A stretch of 20,000 bases of DNA, taken from the IMG/VR virus record IMGVR_UViG_3300035204_001483; one strand, written 5' to 3'. The position numbers and the translations under genes are program-made. This document shows, one piece after another, positions 1 through 7,018 of this stretch; the first letter of the stretch is position 1; every line of letters begins with the position of its first letter. The notes under the pieces are model-generated. The model saw nothing but the letters and a program-made list of their open reading frames with translations, was not told the DNA's origin and did not search any database. Origin of the DNA: an uncultured virus (IMG/VR IMGVR_UViG_3300035204_001483). Lineage: Duplodnaviria > Heunggongvirae > Uroviricota > Caudoviricetes.

Positions 1-237
1 ATACTCCTCGAAATCATAACGAGGACTATGCCACTCGTTGCTATTCCAATACTCTTTGATGATACCGAGTCTTGCACCGCTCCATTCTGGTTTGCCCCGT
101 GCTGGGCCGAGGGTTTTCTCGTTGTCCCATTGGTGCTTGTATCCTTGAAAAGATACTGCCCAATATTCACCGAGGCTCATGTAGAGTAATTCTGATTCGT
201 CTATGCGAAAGTGATTTGAATTGTTAGTGTATCCCAT
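1..237 (-). CDS. hypothetical protein, runs off the left edge (MGYTNNSNHFRIDESELLYMSLGEYWAVSFQGYKHQW...)
   Basis: Hand translation: frame open from ATG at 237 to the window edge; strong SD GGAGGTG just upstream; overlaps the end of the 224..481 ORF. Confidence 0.75.
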   Translation of the reverse strand, partial: MGYTNNSNHFRIDESELLYMSLGEYWAVSFQGYKHQWDNEKTLGPARGKPEWSGARLGIIKEYWNSNEWHSPRYDFEEY

Positions 238-481
238 TTTCACCTCCTACGTTTTTAATTTCGTCTGCCGTCATTGGTGTGCAGCCTTCCAGTAAACCTC
301 CATCTTCTACTATGGCCCAATCTACCTCCCATGAGCCTTCTACATACTCACCGTTGTCTGGTAGGCCAATGCCCATGTCTGATTCCGCAATTTCTGCGGC
401 GTGTTGAAGTGTATCCGCTTCTACGGTAACATAACCGTACATTTGCCAAGATACTGGAACTTTGAATGATTTGCCTTTCAT
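224..481 (-). CDS. hypothetical acidic phage protein
   Basis: 85-aa ORF directly behind a sigma70-type promoter; no recognisable family. Confidence 0.75.
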   Translation of the reverse strand: MKGKSFKVPVSWQMYGYVTVEADTLQHAAEIAESDMGIGLPDNGEYVEGSWEVDWAIVEDGGLLEGCTPMTADEIKNVGGENGIH

Positions 482-488
482 AAGGAAG

Positions 489-516
489 AGAGTACCACGC
501 TCTTGTCTTTTGTCAA
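489..516 (-). promoter_or_regulatory. sigma70-type promoter, probably leaderless transcript
   Basis: Minus strand TTGACA-N16-TACTCT with extended -10 TG, then CTTCCTT and the ATG at 481. Confidence 0.65.
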
Positions 517-541
517 GGAGATTTTATGTTTTAAAAAACTT

Positions 542-553
542 TAAGTGTAATAA
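542..553 (+). promoter_or_regulatory. putative phage-specific promoter motif TAAGTGTAATAA
   Basis: Identical 12-mer at 542 and 5072, each exactly 5 nt before an ATG. Confidence 0.55.
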
Positions 554-558
554 ACTGT

Positions 559-882
559 ATGCACGACTCTAAAGATTTGAACCTTTTGCTGGAAGACCTA
601 CAGGTAGACGCAAGAAAAAATGGATTTGAGTTGGTCGTTGAACCTTCAAACGATAAAGACTTATTCGTTCTAGCTAACTCCCTTAGTCAGAAGGCTGTCG
701 TCTTAGGTTTGACAGAAATTAACTATCAAAAAGTTATAGTCTCCTACTCCATCAGCTTACAAAGGTACGGGTACTACAGAGATGAAGGGTTCGATAGTAA
801 CCAAATGTCAGATATGCCAATAAGGGATGATATTTTTGACTTTATCCTTGTTGATAAAATAATCGAATATTTAAAAAAATAA
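559..882 (+). CDS. hypothetical protein
   Basis: 107-aa ORF, preceded by the TAAGTGTAATAA motif, convergent with the FkbM gene. Confidence 0.7.
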   Translation: MHDSKDLNLLLEDLQVDARKNGFELVVEPSNDKDLFVLANSLSQKAVVLGLTEINYQKVIVSYSISLQRYGYYRDEGFDSNQMSDMPIRDDIFDFILVDKIIEYLKK

Positions 883-884
883 AT

Positions 885-1643
885 TTAAAGATTCCCAAGA
901 TAGCCTCGATCAAGGGACATGATTGAACCATCAAGTTCAACAGAATCAGCTACCTCTATTGGGTTAACCTGAATACGAACGCCATTCTCGCGGAGTAGAT
1001 ACATTAACGCTTCTATTGAGTGTCCGTTTTTCTTCAATCTCCCATTGATGTGAAACTCTCCAAGAAAATTTTCGATCTTGTGTCTAAAACTGTAAGACTT
1101 AATTATTTCATGCTCCGAACACTCACAATCCATCTTCATTACTTTGCATTTTTTGATGTTGTTTTGTTCAAAGATTTCGTCAAGAGTTGTGGATTTGGCT
1201 GAATGAAAAGACATATACTCCGATTCTTCTGCCGCCAAAAAATCTGTAATATTTGCGCCACCAGTATTTCCACGGGGCTGACATAATTCTACATCTCTTC
1301 CGTCAGCAGTAACCGCTAAATTAAACGCTTTTACATTTGTTACGTTATTGGCTTCAATATTTGCCTGTAACGCTTCATAATTTTCCGCAACTGGCTCATA
1401 AGTGTAAATCTTTAACTCAGGAAAAAACTTCGCATAAAACACGCTAACAACCCCGCAATGCCCACCAATATCAATCATTACGTCTCCTTCTTCTACCTCC
1501 AACCCCTCCAGCGTGTATTGAGAAGAAAGTTCTCCCAATGCTATTCCACGAACAGCAGAAGATTGGGGGGATGAATCAGTTAACGTAAGAACTGCTGGCT
1601 TGGTGTTTTCGTCCCAATAAACAGTGTAATCATGGAAGTCCAT
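885..1643 (-). CDS. FkbM-family SAM-dependent methyltransferase
   Basis: Motifs MIDIGGHCG, YTYEPVAENY, NLAV, KMDCECSE (KxDxEGxE-like). Start placed at ATG 1643 (MDFHD) because the TTG extension to 1712 runs through the repeat array. Confidence 0.85.
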   Translation of the reverse strand: MDFHDYTVYWDENTKPAVLTLTDSSPQSSAVRGIALGELSSQYTLEGLEVEEGDVMIDIGGHCGVVSVFYAKFFPELKIYTYEPVAENYEALQANIEANNVTNVKAFNLAVTADGRDVELCQPRGNTGGANITDFLAAEESEYMSFHSAKSTTLDEIFEQNNIKKCKVMKMDCECSEHEIIKSYSFRHKIENFLGEFHINGRLKKNGHSIEALMYLLRENGVRIQVNPIEVADSVELDGSIMSLDRGYLGNL

Positions 1644-1662
1644 ATTTCTATAGTTACGGCGA

Positions 1663-1976
1663 ATGTTACAATCCTCTAAAAACCATCCGGTGCGGGATGT
1701 TGCAATCCTCAAAAACCACTTTCATCAGGTGATGTTGTTATCCTCTAAAATTACATCTATCATTCATGTTCTAATCCTCTACAAAGGTAGTACGTGTTGT
1801 TGTAATCCTTCTTTTTGTTAAATGTTCTAATCCTCTAATCGATTTCGTGGTATGTTGTAGTCCTATTTAAGGTTATGTTGTTTCCCCCTATTCGTTCAGC
1901 GTGTAGTTGATATCACCAATCAATGTTCTAATCCTCAAGATCATAAACATATTTGCACGTATGTTGCAATCCTAAA
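1663..1976 (-). repeat. interspaced short-repeat array 1 (about 10 copies, unique spacers)
   Basis: Plus-strand copies of ATGTT(G/C/A)(T/C)AATCCTC at 1663, 1697, 1732, 1766, 1797, 1822, 1852, 1875 (degenerate), 1923, 1961; mostly 23-38 nt period; intervening sequences differ. Confidence 0.9.
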
Positions 1977-1977
1977 A

Positions 1978-2388
1978 TGGTGGAGGCGGTGGGAGTCGAA
2001 CCCACGTCTTTAAAACCGTCTGCTCAGATATACTACAAGTTTAGTCGGTGACATACTTGTTAGTTGACCACCGACAGACTAACTAACAAGGTTGGAGGCA
2101 CTTTATTTATACTAGACTCCTCACCCTTCCTAGTTTTTTTTGCTCGCTATCGACGCCCTAGCTCCTTAACGAGCATCCAGAGTAGGACGGGGTAGAACTA
2201 AGCTACCAGCGCAGCCTCTTCGGCCCAACCGAAACGAGCGAGAATCTCGTCTGCTTCAGCCAGTGAAGGAGCTACCATGTCAACGTCATTGTTGGCATAT
2301 ATGTTTTTGATAGAATTTTTAAGAGGCCAACTATCATCCTCTACTTGCAATCTTGCGTAAGGCTCCAAATCGAAACCAGTACGCCCCC
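1978..2388 (-). ncRNA. ssrA: tmRNA (transfer-messenger RNA)
   Basis: 5' GGGGGCGTACTGGTTTCGA; 3' GACGTGGGTTCGACTCCCACCGCCTCCACCA with T-loop and encoded CCA; acceptor stem has the G3-U alanine identity pair; internal tag frame ANNDV...AALVA-stop (2296..2198). Confidence 0.95.
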
Positions 2389-2393
2389 ATAAA

Positions 2394-2404
2394 TTATTAT
2401 ACAC
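2394..2404 (-). promoter_or_regulatory. putative tmRNA promoter (GTGTATAATAA)
   Basis: Contains TATAAT and resembles the GTGTAATAA motif; ends 5 nt before the tmRNA 5' G. Confidence 0.5.
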
Positions 2405-2409
2405 CATTA

Positions 2410-2673
2410 CTACAGTTTGTCATACTGATTTGACCATTTTTTTAAATTGACCAAGGCGATCTTTGAGCGTAAAATTTCCCGCCTCGCTGCTGCGTCATGC
2501 TCCGCAGACTTCAATCTACCCCTGTAATTAGGGTCAGCTTCAGCTTCTTCAAGATTAGTTTCCAGATGACGCAGAACGTGAAGGAATAGGCAGCAATACT
2601 TTTTCTTTTCCCCATCAGTGAGGTTATCGTACTTTTCATCAAGCTCTAAAATGTCTATGTTTTCCAACGACAT
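2410..2673 (-). CDS. hypothetical protein
   Basis: 87-aa ORF tightly packed in a minus-strand gene string. Confidence 0.65.
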   Translation of the reverse strand: MSLENIDILELDEKYDNLTDGEKKKYCCLFLHVLRHLETNLEEAEADPNYRGRLKSAEHDAAARREILRSKIALVNLKKWSNQYDKL

Positions 2674-2675
2674 GA

Positions 2676-2909
2676 TTAGTTCGCTCTAAGCTTTTCTTTT
2701 TCTTTTATTTTTTTTATAATTTTTAATCCCTGTCTGGCGAATGACTGACAATGCTCTGCAAAATCCTTATCCGCTCCAGCTTTTACAGCACCCAAATAAG
2801 AATATAAAACTATAGCAAAGTTGTTTCGTCCAGCCATCTTACATTCGTCAGCCAAGTTTTCAACAACCTCCAATAATTCAAGCTCTTTGTTTGTTTCTTT
2901 TTCTCTCAT
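2676..2909 (-). CDS. hypothetical protein
   Basis: 77-aa ORF with upstream SD GAGGA. Confidence 0.7.
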   Translation of the reverse strand: MREKETNKELELLEVVENLADECKMAGRNNFAIVLYSYLGAVKAGADKDFAEHCQSFARQGLKIIKKIKEKEKLRAN

Positions 2910-2919
2910 AGTTTATTCC

Positions 2920-3087
2920 TCATTCGCAAATCCCAAAACGATTATGTCCCTCACCAAAGTAGCTATTAGGTTGGTGATCGTAAGGGTTTTTGCGTCGATC
3001 TGCGCTCTTATTTGGCGTTTTTGAATTTTGCGGGGTCTTGCGCGTACGTTTATTTGGCTTTTTTATTTTTGTGGGGGTTTTTTTCAT
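2920..3087 (-). CDS. small basic hypothetical protein (MKKTPTKIKK...)
   Basis: Fills the gap between neighbours; start at the second Met avoids overlap. Confidence 0.5.
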   Translation of the reverse strand: MKKTPTKIKKPNKRTRKTPQNSKTPNKSADRRKNPYDHQPNSYFGEGHNRFGICE

Positions 3088-3089
3088 AT

Positions 3090-3296
3090 TTATTTTTCCT
3101 TGCTTTCTGCCCACAAATATAATTTATAGCCAGCAATTTCAGCCTCTCTACTTGTAATGGAGGAATCCGAATGCTGCAAGAATAAAAGAATATTTTCCGC
3201 TAGTTCCCTCTCGCTCATCTTGAGGGCTGATTGCCTTATCCATTCTTTTTCGTGAGGCTCTATCTCTCCATATTCAACTTCGCTCATCTTTTTCAA
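3090..3296 (-). CDS. hypothetical protein
   Basis: 68-aa ORF overlapping the end of the methyltransferase. Confidence 0.6.
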   Translation of the reverse strand: MKKMSEVEYGEIEPHEKEWIRQSALKMSERELAENILLFLQHSDSSITSREAEIAGYKLYLWAESKEK

Positions 3297-3927
3297 AAAT
3301 ACAGGTTAATATGTTATTTGGTTCAGGACTTTTCCTAATGATATCTTCAACGTGGGAAGAGGCAAGTAAATTGTAACTCAACTCTCTCATAAAATTAGTA
3401 AGGCTTTCTTCGTTAAAGTGCCATAAATGCTCATCGGGTCTTCTGTGTTTCCAATTTTCAAACCAATGATCTGAAAGGTAATGGCACTCGGGAACAGAAA
3501 CGCAAATGTATTTGGTCTTTAGCTTCTGTATATCGTATATATCGTCTAGATGCTCTAAGGTGTCAAAAAAACAAACAAGATCAAAGCTCTCCAAATATAT
3601 ATCGTCTACAAATCTGCATCCCTTCGGAATTGGGTAGCTATTTATATCAAACCCGCAACGATCTTCAAATGCTCCTTCAGAGTAGCTTAAGAAATCACCA
3701 TTACCATATCCTACATCAAGGATTTTATGAAGCTCCGTTGAGATGACCCCCTTTATGAACCCCAACCTTAAAAACGACATCCTAATGGAGGCTTCCCCGT
3801 ATGAATCGTATCTCTTTTTTATGTAATCGAGGTTGTATTCTCTTTTCTTAACAAAAAAACTTTTTTGTTTTATTACTCCATTGCTTAGTTGCTCATAATT
3901 ATCAAGCATACTACTTTTTTTTGCCAA
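3274..3927 (-). CDS. class I SAM-dependent methyltransferase (Methyltransf_23-like)
   Basis: ILDVGYGNGDF motif I, FDLVCFFDTLEHL, and PDEHLWHF typical of glycan-associated methyltransferases. Confidence 0.85.
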   Translation of the reverse strand: MAKKSSMLDNYEQLSNGVIKQKSFFVKKREYNLDYIKKRYDSYGEASIRMSFLRLGFIKGVISTELHKILDVGYGNGDFLSYSEGAFEDRCGFDINSYPIPKGCRFVDDIYLESFDLVCFFDTLEHLDDIYDIQKLKTKYICVSVPECHYLSDHWFENWKHRRPDEHLWHFNEESLTNFMRELSYNLLASSHVEDIIRKSPEPNNILTCIFEKDERS

Positions 3928-3962
3928 TAAATTCTATTTGGCAAATTGTATCCCCCCAAGGA

Positions 3963-4823
3963 TTAATCCCCGTCTGATTTTTTCTTTGATCTCTCTGCGA
4001 GTTTATTGTCGGCCCAAACGCCTCCTAATTCGGGGATATAATTATCATGTTTTGAAAAGTTCTCTTTGGCCGTAATCACCCTCAGATTATCTTGATGATG
4101 CGCCCCGCCAATAGATAGTGGAATAATGTGGTCTACATGATATTTTTCACCGTGCTTCTTCGTCATATCGTCTCTTTGTTTGTAAAGATTTTCAATAAGT
4201 TTGTAGTCGGTTGTGGGTAACAGGGCTGTAATCTTTAAGGCTCTTCTTTTGCCCTCCCTTGCTCTTATCTTTTCTGGATTCGCTTTAGCGTATTCTTTAG
4301 CTTTCCTGTTAAGCTCTTCCCTGTGGGCTTCGCGATAAGCTTTGCCTTGCGCCAACCCCTTTTCCCTGTTCTTTTTTCTGTAAGCTTTATTCGTCGCCTT
4401 TATCTTCTCCTCGTTGGCTTCGTTGTAAATCTTTTGATACTCTCTAATTTTTTCCTTATTGGCTTGGCGGTAAGCTTTTCTATATTCTGCAATTTCCCCT
4501 TCGTTGGCTTTTCTGTAAGCCTTTATTTTTTCTTTGTTGGCTTTACGGTAAGCCCTGTTACGTGCATCGCACTTTTCCTTGTTGCGAGCATAGTAGGCTT
4601 TGCCTCTTTCGGCGCATTCTTTCCGGTATTCAGGATCGGCCATTTTCTTTTTATGCCTAGCCTTTGACCTAGCCTTACCCGCTTCTCTGACTTCAGGTCT
4701 TTTTTGGTATTCTGCTCGGTATTCTTTAGTTCGCTCTTTTATTCTTTCTTTATTCTCCTCGTAATACCTTTTGCTACTTGCCTTCCTACGCCGATGTCTT
4801 TCCTCCTCGCTCAATTTTTTCAT
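3963..4823 (-). CDS. HNH endonuclease with long K/R/E-rich helical repeat N-terminus (putative homing endonuclease)
   Basis: C-terminal YHVDHIIPL...GGAHHQDNLRVITAKENFSK; N-terminal YRxAN/KEKI repeats of about 15 aa. Confidence 0.9.
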   Translation of the reverse strand: MKKLSEEERHRRRKASSKRYYEENKERIKERTKEYRAEYQKRPEVREAGKARSKARHKKKMADPEYRKECAERGKAYYARNKEKCDARNRAYRKANKEKIKAYRKANEGEIAEYRKAYRQANKEKIREYQKIYNEANEEKIKATNKAYRKKNREKGLAQGKAYREAHREELNRKAKEYAKANPEKIRAREGKRRALKITALLPTTDYKLIENLYKQRDDMTKKHGEKYHVDHIIPLSIGGAHHQDNLRVITAKENFSKHDNYIPELGGVWADNKLAERSKKKSDGD

Positions 4824-4839
4824 TTTATATAAATAATCC

Positions 4840-5022
4840 TCAATTTAATTGAGACTGTATCTCGTCTAAGTCTTCTTTTACCTGAATACAGCGACCATCA
4901 ACAAGACAAACTTCGCAATATACATTGCCAAACGAGTCAACGGTATCAGTAACGTAAGCTACGTTATCCCAGTTAAAAATGACAGGTTGATCTGATGTTT
5001 TTGTTAGTTTTACCATCTTCAT
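4840..5022 (-). CDS. small protein resembling the FlbD/SwrD family
   Basis: Pattern MVKLT...VIFNWDNVAYV...VCLVDGRCIQVKEDLDEI resembles FlbD (IxLT..N.d.I..i....l.nG....VkEs.eeI); recognised from memory. Confidence 0.55.
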   Translation of the reverse strand: MKMVKLTKTSDQPVIFNWDNVAYVTDTVDSFGNVYCEVCLVDGRCIQVKEDLDEIQSQLN

Positions 5023-5028
5023 AAGGAA

Positions 5029-5056
5029 ATTATATCCCTTTTTGACACTGAGTCAA
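5029..5056 (-). promoter_or_regulatory. sigma70-type promoter, probably leaderless transcript
   Basis: Minus strand TTGACT-N16-TATAAT followed by TTCCTT-ATG (5022); same layout as 489-516. Confidence 0.7.
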
Positions 5057-5071
5057 GAAAAATACGCTAAA

Positions 5072-5083
5072 TAAGTGTAATAA
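5072..5083 (+). promoter_or_regulatory. putative phage-specific promoter motif TAAGTGTAATAA
   Basis: Exact copy of 542-553, 5 nt before ATG 5089. Confidence 0.55.
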
Positions 5084-5088
5084 CTAAT

Positions 5089-5523
5089 ATGCCGTTTGAA
5101 CTGATAACCATGATTGGAGGAGCAGTTACGGGCTTTATTTTTCGGTTTATGGCTGAAAGAGCTAAAGAAAGAGCGCGGCTATGGGAGATGGCTCTAGGCA
5201 AGAAAAAAGCAGAAGATGATAGTGCTGACAAAGCCGCAAAAAGAGTACCTATAGACGCTGGAAAATGGGTTAGGAGGGTAATTGTCGTATGCGTTTTATT
5301 TGGCGTAATATTGGCTCCGTTTATTTTATCTCTCTTGGGTTACTCTACGATAGTAGAGGTAGAAGAAACTGACCCTACATGGTTTTTTGGATTATTTGGT
5401 GGTGGAACTGAAATTACGTTTGTTGAACTTCCAGCCTATCTAATGGTATCAGAAGTAAGACAAACATTAACCGCAATCATTGGTTTCTATTTTGGAAACG
5501 CATCAGCATCGTGTAAAACATAA
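5089..5523 (+). CDS. membrane protein, holin-like (3-TM holin type)
   Basis: N-terminal hydrophobic segment, central TM after WVRRVI, C-terminal AIIGFYFG motif typical of 3-TM phage holin-like proteins. Confidence 0.5.
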   Translation: MPFELITMIGGAVTGFIFRFMAERAKERARLWEMALGKKKAEDDSADKAAKRVPIDAGKWVRRVIVVCVLFGVILAPFILSLLGYSTIVEVEETDPTWFFGLFGGGTEITFVELPAYLMVSEVRQTLTAIIGFYFGNASASCKT

Positions 5524-5666
5524 TGGCAATAAGAAAATCATTTAAGTACGAACACAAAAGTGTCAAAAAGAAAACCCGCCAAGGCTGTGGAATCCACAGT
5601 AAAGGAATGAAAAAGTATAGAGGGCAAGGCGGCCCACGCAAGAGAAGTAAACTTCCTAAGAAATGA
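5523..5666 (+). CDS. small basic phage protein with KKTRQG...KKYRGQG motif (47 aa)
   Basis: Hand translation MAIRKSFKYEHKSVKKKTRQGCGIHSKGMKKYRGQGGPRKRSKLPKK; TAATG and ATGA overlaps with neighbours; YRGQG motif recalled from marine myoviruses. Confidence 0.7.
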   Translation: MAIRKSFKYEHKSVKKKTRQGCGIHSKGMKKYRGQGGPRKRSKLPKK

Positions 5667-5833
5667 AAACGTACAAATCCAAATTGAATATCAAATTCGG
5701 TGACCATATGGGAGCAATAGTCCTCTGGTGTATAGCTATAATTTGCACGTTAGGATTTGCAGCTATCCCATTCCAACTCTGGTTAGCTAAACTGGTTTTG
5801 GATAATTGGGAAGTGGAGGTACACGAAAAATGA
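5663..5833 (+). CDS. small membrane protein (56 aa)
   Basis: Hand translation MKTYKSKLNIKFGDHMGAIVLWCIAIICTLGFAAIPFQLWLAKLVLDNWEVEVHEK; ATGA overlaps at both ends. Confidence 0.7.
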   Translation: MKTYKSKLNIKFGDHMGAIVLWCIAIICTLGFAAIPFQLWLAKLVLDNWEVEVHEK

Positions 5834-5916
5834 GTTCATGGTGGTTGACATTATTGTGGTTGCCGTTTTTTTGCTTAATGCTTTGGCTACTACATATAAC
5901 TAAAGATAAAAAATGA
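5830..5916 (+). CDS. 28-aa single-TM microprotein
   Basis: MSSWWLTLLWLPFFCLMLWLLHITKDKK; upstream GGAGG, ATGA overlaps at both ends. Confidence 0.55.
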   Translation: MSSWWLTLLWLPFFCLMLWLLHITKDKK

Positions 5917-6695
5917 AAAACCCTTATCCCAGAGTATTTCCAATATGGCTCATCCCTTTGCTGGTGCTTATCGCGTTCTCCTTAATGCAGTGCGGGTGCA
6001 GAACAGGGGGTACACGACTAAACCCAAACTCTGCTGGTACAGTTATCATACCTCAAACCCCTCAAGAAATTAACGAGCGCAACAATGAAGCAATAGAGTT
6101 ACCCCCGTTTGAACCACTAGCACCTATTCCCATCGTTCCTCCAGCTAGAAAACATACAAACGCTGCAAGGTCTAACCCTGTTATACCAGAACCTCAATCA
6201 GCTAAAGCTAACCCTGTCGCCTCCAACCCTAAAGCGTCGGGAGCATCAACGTCATTCTCTCCAACTGTTAGCACCAACCTATTAACAAAGCTACCACCAG
6301 CAAAAGCAAAAAAACTACCCCCTAAAATTATAGAGGGAGATGGGGGATGCGTTGTTATTACGGACAATCCAAAAAACCCGCAAACGAACAACAAGGCAGC
6401 AACCGAGACGAACGGTTTTCTATTATGCGACCCAATGGAAAAACCAAAAGAGAAACAGGCGGGTACTAACTGGTTAAGCTTATTTACGTTTTATATAACG
6501 TGTTTTTTGGGTTTAATTATTCTCTGGGTAATATATGATATTATAAAAGACGCCATTGAAATGAAGAAGCAAGGCTCACCTATGAAAAAACATCTAGAGA
6601 ATTTAAAAAAGCCAGCTAAAGGAACAAGAGCGGCTAGAAAACCAACAAAGAAAAAACCAACAAAGAAAAAATCAACAAAGAAAAAACCAAAATGA
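5913..6695 (+). CDS. putative lipoprotein with Pro-rich linker, C-terminal TM and Lys-rich tail
   Basis: Hydrophobic signal ending MQCGC, long P/A/N-rich region, TM (WLSLFTFY...WVIY), KKPTK repeats. Confidence 0.75.
   Translation: MKNPYPRVFPIWLIPLLVLIAFSLMQCGCRTGGTRLNPNSAGTVIIPQTPQEINERNNEAIELPPFEPLAPIPIVPPARKHTNAARSNPVIPEPQSAKANPVASNPKASGASTSFSPTVSTNLLTKLPPAKAKKLPPKIIEGDGGCVVITDNPKNPQTNNKAATETNGFLLCDPMEKPKEKQAGTNWLSLFTFYITCFLGLIILWVIYDIIKDAIEMKKQGSPMKKHLENLKKPAKGTRAARKPTKKKPTKKKSTKKKPK
6638..6690 (+). repeat. 15-bp tandem repeat encoding KKPTK/KKSTK
   Basis: aaaccaacaaagaaa-like unit about 3.5 times inside the CDS tail. Confidence 0.7.
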
Positions 6696-6841
6696 AAAAA
6701 CTAATTATATTATTTGTAAGCGTATTCGCAATTGCCTGTAACTGGGGCAATTCTAGCTGTGATAAATGTTCATGTGACGCGGGCTGTTGTGACTCTGGAG
6801 CTTGCTCCGCTGATGACTGCGCTTGTGTTTGTAAAAAGTAG
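6692..6841 (+). CDS. small Cys-rich, metallothionein-like putative lipoprotein (49 aa)
   Basis: Hand translation MKKLIILFVSVFAIAC-NWGNSSCDKCSCDAGCCDSGACSADDCACVCKK; lipobox-like AIAC followed by 9 more Cys; ATGA overlap with the upstream gene. Confidence 0.75.
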   Translation: MKKLIILFVSVFAIACNWGNSSCDKCSCDAGCCDSGACSADDCACVCKK

Positions 6842-6847
6842 AACGAT

Positions 6848-7018
6848 ATGAGTAGCACATGGAGTTCAGGAATCGGAAGGTTTCCCAAGCGCGACCCCGA
6901 ACACGGAAAGTGGTGGCGATGGCTAAAGGATAATTGGAAGGGGTTTTGGGAAGCTTCCAACAGGAAATGTAAAAAAAACTGTAAATGTAAAAATGAAAAA
7001 ACTTTGGAAAAAAATTAA
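6848..7018 (+). CDS. small Trp/Lys/Cys-rich hypothetical protein (56 aa)
   Basis: Hand translation MSSTWSSGIGRFPKRDPEHGKWWRWLKDNWKGFWEASNRKCKKNCKCKNEKTLEKN; fills the gap in the plus-strand string. Confidence 0.5.
   Translation: MSSTWSSGIGRFPKRDPEHGKWWRWLKDNWKGFWEASNRKCKKNCKCKNEKTLEKN

Noticed and set aside
1644..1712. N-terminal extension of the FkbM methyltransferase from TTG 1712
   Set aside because: Runs through two repeat copies; the ATG at 1643 is the more plausible start
1663..1976. Calling the arrays canonical CRISPR
   Set aside because: Repeats are short and degenerate, spacers short and uneven, and no cas gene or leader is visible; reported as an unexplained repeat array instead
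1978..2010. Stand-alone tRNA
   Set aside because: T-arm and CCA belong to the tmRNA tRNA-like domain; the pairing 5' strand is ~400 nt away and there is no anticodon arm
2198..2407. 69-aa ORF as a protein gene
   Set aside because: Lies almost entirely within the tmRNA; only its 3' part is the tag reading frame
4323..4667. Hydrophobic 114-aa plus-strand ORF
   Set aside because: Antisense shadow of the Lys/Glu-rich HNH repeats
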